Shown here: positions 61,642 through 64,000 of the stretch, in pieces
Layout: each line of letters starts with the position of its first letter
How positions within the stretch are numbered: the stretch's first letter is position 1
From: Thermoproteota archaeon
GTDB taxonomy: Archaea; Korarchaeota; Korarchaeia; Korarchaeales; JAOZGB01
NCBI GenBank assembly: GCA_037917685.1
Contig: JAVCBU010000011.1
Span: forward strand, 64,001-128,000
Direction of reading: 5' to 3'
DNA length: 64,000 nucleotides
Program-made: the position numbers and the translations under genes
The notes under the pieces: model-generated
Databases searched by the model: none
What the model saw: only the letters and a program-made list of their open reading frames with translations
What the model was told of the DNA's origin: nothing

Positions 61642-63057
61642 CTACGGCCTTTTAATCTTCCATATGGGCCCATCGGGGGTATCTTCTATTATCACCCCTA
61701 CCTCGGCGAGCCTGCTCCTGATCATGTCACTTGCCTCGTATTGTTTCATCTTTCTCAGCTCCTCTCTCACCTCAACTATGGCATCTAGCAGCTTCTCAAC
61801 GAGCCCTCCACCATACTCCTCCCTACGCTGGAGTATTCCGAAGACCCAGCCCATTCTTCGAACGGTGTCGAGCACCTTTTCCTTAGCTTCCCCACTGATG
61901 CTTCTGCGGCTCGCCGCATACCTACCCATTTCCCTCAGCAGCATGTGAAGCTTTGAAAGCGCAAGTGGAGTGTTAAAGTCGTCATCCATCGCCTCCTCAA
62001 ACTCTGAAAGGAGTTTTTCAGCCTTCAATTCTAATTCCTCCCCTCCCTCCCCCTCCTCCAGCCTCCTGAACGAGTCTATCGTGTTGTACATACCTTCAAG
62101 CGTATCCCTAGCCTTTGCAAGATCCTCCTCCCTATAGTGTATAGGCTTCCGGTAATGGGTCTGGACTACGTAGAGCCTTATGGCTTCAGCGCCGTACTTC
62201 GAGAGTGCCTCCCTAACGGTTATAAAGTTCTTTAGAGACTTGGACATCTTCTCACCACCTATCATTAGCACTCCCGAGTGCAGCCAGTACTTGACGAATG
62301 GTTTTCTGCCCGTGTACGCCTCTGCCTGCGCGATTTCATTGGTATGATGCGGGAATATCAGCTCCGTAGCCCCGCCGTGAAGGTCGTACTGGGGTCCGAA
62401 AATAGTGATGGTCATAGCTGTGTCTTCAATGTGCCAGCCGGGCCTGCCAGGCCCCCATGGACTATCCCAGTATGGCTCTCCCGGCTTGGCGGACTTCCAA
62501 AGGGCAAAGTCTAGGGGGCTCTTCTTCCTAGGGTCCGGCTCTATTCTATGCTTCTTCAGATCCTCAAGCCTCATCCCGGAAAGCCTAGTGTAGTCTGGAA
62601 ACTTTGGCACGTGGTAGTAGACATCTCCATCAACCTGGTAGGCATACCCCTTCTCGATCAAGCCCTTAACCTGCTCTATCATCTCGGGGATGTAGTCCGA
62701 CGACTTCGGGAAGAGGTTAACATTCTGTTTAACCCCTAGGGCCTCCATGTCCTCATAGAATCTCTCCAAGTACAGGCTTGAAAGCTCGTCCCAGCTCATT
62801 CCCCGCTCCCTAGCCCTCCTTATAATCTTGTCATCGATGTCCGTAACATTCTGAACATAGAACACCGAGTACCCTCGGTAGCGGAGCCACCTAACAATCA
62901 CGTCGAAGTTTATATAGGTCTTGGCATGGCCCAGGTGTGCATCATCATAAACAGTCTGGCCGCAGACGAACATGTTTACACGTCGTCCCCTGAGAGGGGT
63001 GAACTCCTCCTTACGCCTGGTAAGCGTATTATAAACCCGCAACACAATAGAAACCAC
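61642..63057 (-). CDS. cysS: Cysteine--tRNA ligase
   Basis: YNTLTR, CG.TVY, HLGH, DFALWK, PGRPGWHIE, FPHH.NE, KMSKS, MDDDFNT. Confidence 0.96.
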   Translation of the reverse strand: MVSIVLRVYNTLTRRKEEFTPLRGRRVNMFVCGQTVYDDAHLGHAKTYINFDVIVRWLRYRGYSVFYVQNVTDIDDKIIRRARERGMSWDELSSLYLERFYEDMEALGVKQNVNLFPKSSDYIPEMIEQVKGLIEKGYAYQVDGDVYYHVPKFPDYTRLSGMRLEDLKKHRIEPDPRKKSPLDFALWKSAKPGEPYWDSPWGPGRPGWHIEDTAMTITIFGPQYDLHGGATELIFPHHTNEIAQAEAYTGRKPFVKYWLHSGVLMIGGEKMSKSLKNFITVREALSKYGAEAIRLYVVQTHYRKPIHYREEDLAKARDTLEGMYNTIDSFRRLEEGEGGEELELKAEKLLSEFEEAMDDDFNTPLALSKLHMLLREMGRYAASRRSISGEAKEKVLDTVRRMGWVFGILQRREEYGGGLVEKLLDAIVEVREELRKMKQYEASDMIRSRLAEVGVIIEDTPDGPIWKIKRP

Positions 63058-63196
63058 CCTCCAGCCATAAAGTGCAGGGCTACTTATTAAACTTTACATA
63101 ATTCCTAGCTAAGGGTGACATTTCAACATGCTATGCCAACATCTCACAGCCTGTGAAGAATGTTAGCTGTCCACCTCCACAACCTGGGTAGGCTTT

Positions 63197-64000
63197 CTAA
63201 CAATCGTTTGTTCTGGGATTGTTAATCCCCACTTTCCATGCGAGGAGGAGTATGAGGATCAGACCCATAGCGGACATAGCTATAACGACATCCCTAGCAC
63301 TCCGCAACCTGCCTCCAGAGGCTTGGCTGGGCTGGGTTATGGTGGGAGTCCCAGCAACCTCCGAGCTAACTCCGTATATCGGCCTGCCACCATACACATC
63401 TTCCAAGTACTTTACAAACACGTCGACATAGGAGATGTTTAGGAAGACAGCCTCCTCAACTTTAAGGATGAGTTTTAGACGGTAGAGTAGATAGTCACAT
63501 GTTGCAACTTTAACAAAAAGCAACACTAAAACAGCAATAAAAACGTTTTAGACGGTAGAGTAGATAGTCACATGTTGCAACCATGTAGGATTTGCCGTCA
63601 ATTATTAAGCTTCCGTTCGTAAGCATGCCACCCTTCACACCGGAGAAGCAGTATCGGGAAAGCAGTCTCTTAAGGGCCTCACCCCTCAGCTTAACTAGTA
63701 CCACAGTGTTAGGGAAGGGGAAGACTCTGAGAACATCCTCCATGTCTATCTCCCCCTCGCCTATGGCTGCCCTTGTCCCCCCCATATTGTAGAACCCTAG
63801 GTCCGCACCCGTATACCATCTCATGGCGTCAGCCATTAGAAGGCAGAGGTCGTGCTTTCCCAGGGTTTTACCCGCATATCCGACTCGCCGTGAAAGGTAG
63901 CCTGACAGGTTCGCCTCGAACACTTCAATTATTCCCCTAATTCTCTCATCAGCCGCTATGGGAGGGCTTTCAGCTTCTAGGAGGCTGCTTTCATCCATGT
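63197..64000 (-). pseudogene. Membrane-anchored 5'-nucleotidase (C-terminal domain; 5' part outside window), frameshifted by a 73-bp insertion
   Basis: ADA.R...GAD..F.N.GG.R, V.PFPN, Y.VAT.DYL; C-terminal TM; removing 63509-63581 restores one frame. Confidence 0.85.
63472..63581 (-). repeat. Repeat-spacer-repeat unit: 37-bp exact direct repeats around a 36-bp insert (CRISPR-like geometry)
   Basis: Minus-strand repeat GTTGCAACATGTGACTATCTACTCTACCGTCTAAAAC at 63545-63581 and 63472-63508; insert 63509-63544. Confidence 0.92.

Noticed and set aside
63472-63581. Calling this a functional CRISPR array
   Set aside because: Only two repeats, no AT-rich leader, no cas genes in the window, and the repeat is protein-coding sequence; reported as an integration scar instead

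Overview
Gene-dense chromosomal window from an archaeon, probably a thermophilic anaerobic heterotroph. The archaeal call rests on deoxyhypusine synthase, CDC48, TIP49, tungsten AOR, IorAB, an AcnX/phosphomevalonate dehydratase-like gene and TATA-type promoters; the exact lineage cannot be fixed from sequence alone. It holds about 55 CDS: two xanthine-dehydrogenase-family L/M/S clusters with MocA and XdhC, AOR, IorAB, HypA/HypB/Mrp, ABC, ECF and MFS transporters, two GvpD/KaiC-like ATPases, an HSR1-like regulator-Hsp20-CDC48 heat-shock operon with a visible operator, two toxin-antitoxin loci, a 1064-aa GNAT protein, an SF2 helicase and CysRS. I saw no tRNA, rRNA, cas or transposase genes. The most striking signal is at 63472-63581, inside a 5'-nucleotidase gene. 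An exact 37-bp duplication of native coding sequence with CRISPR-repeat-like GTT...AAAC ends flanks a 36-bp AT-rich insert, which looks like ectopic Cas1-type spacer integration (a nascent one-spacer array). Also notable: a decaying Na+-pumping decarboxylase operon linked to DUF2877, a fused AcnX, 56-bp identity between the two CDC48 Walker A regions, and many small deletion scars. Family assignments come from motif recognition, not database searches.
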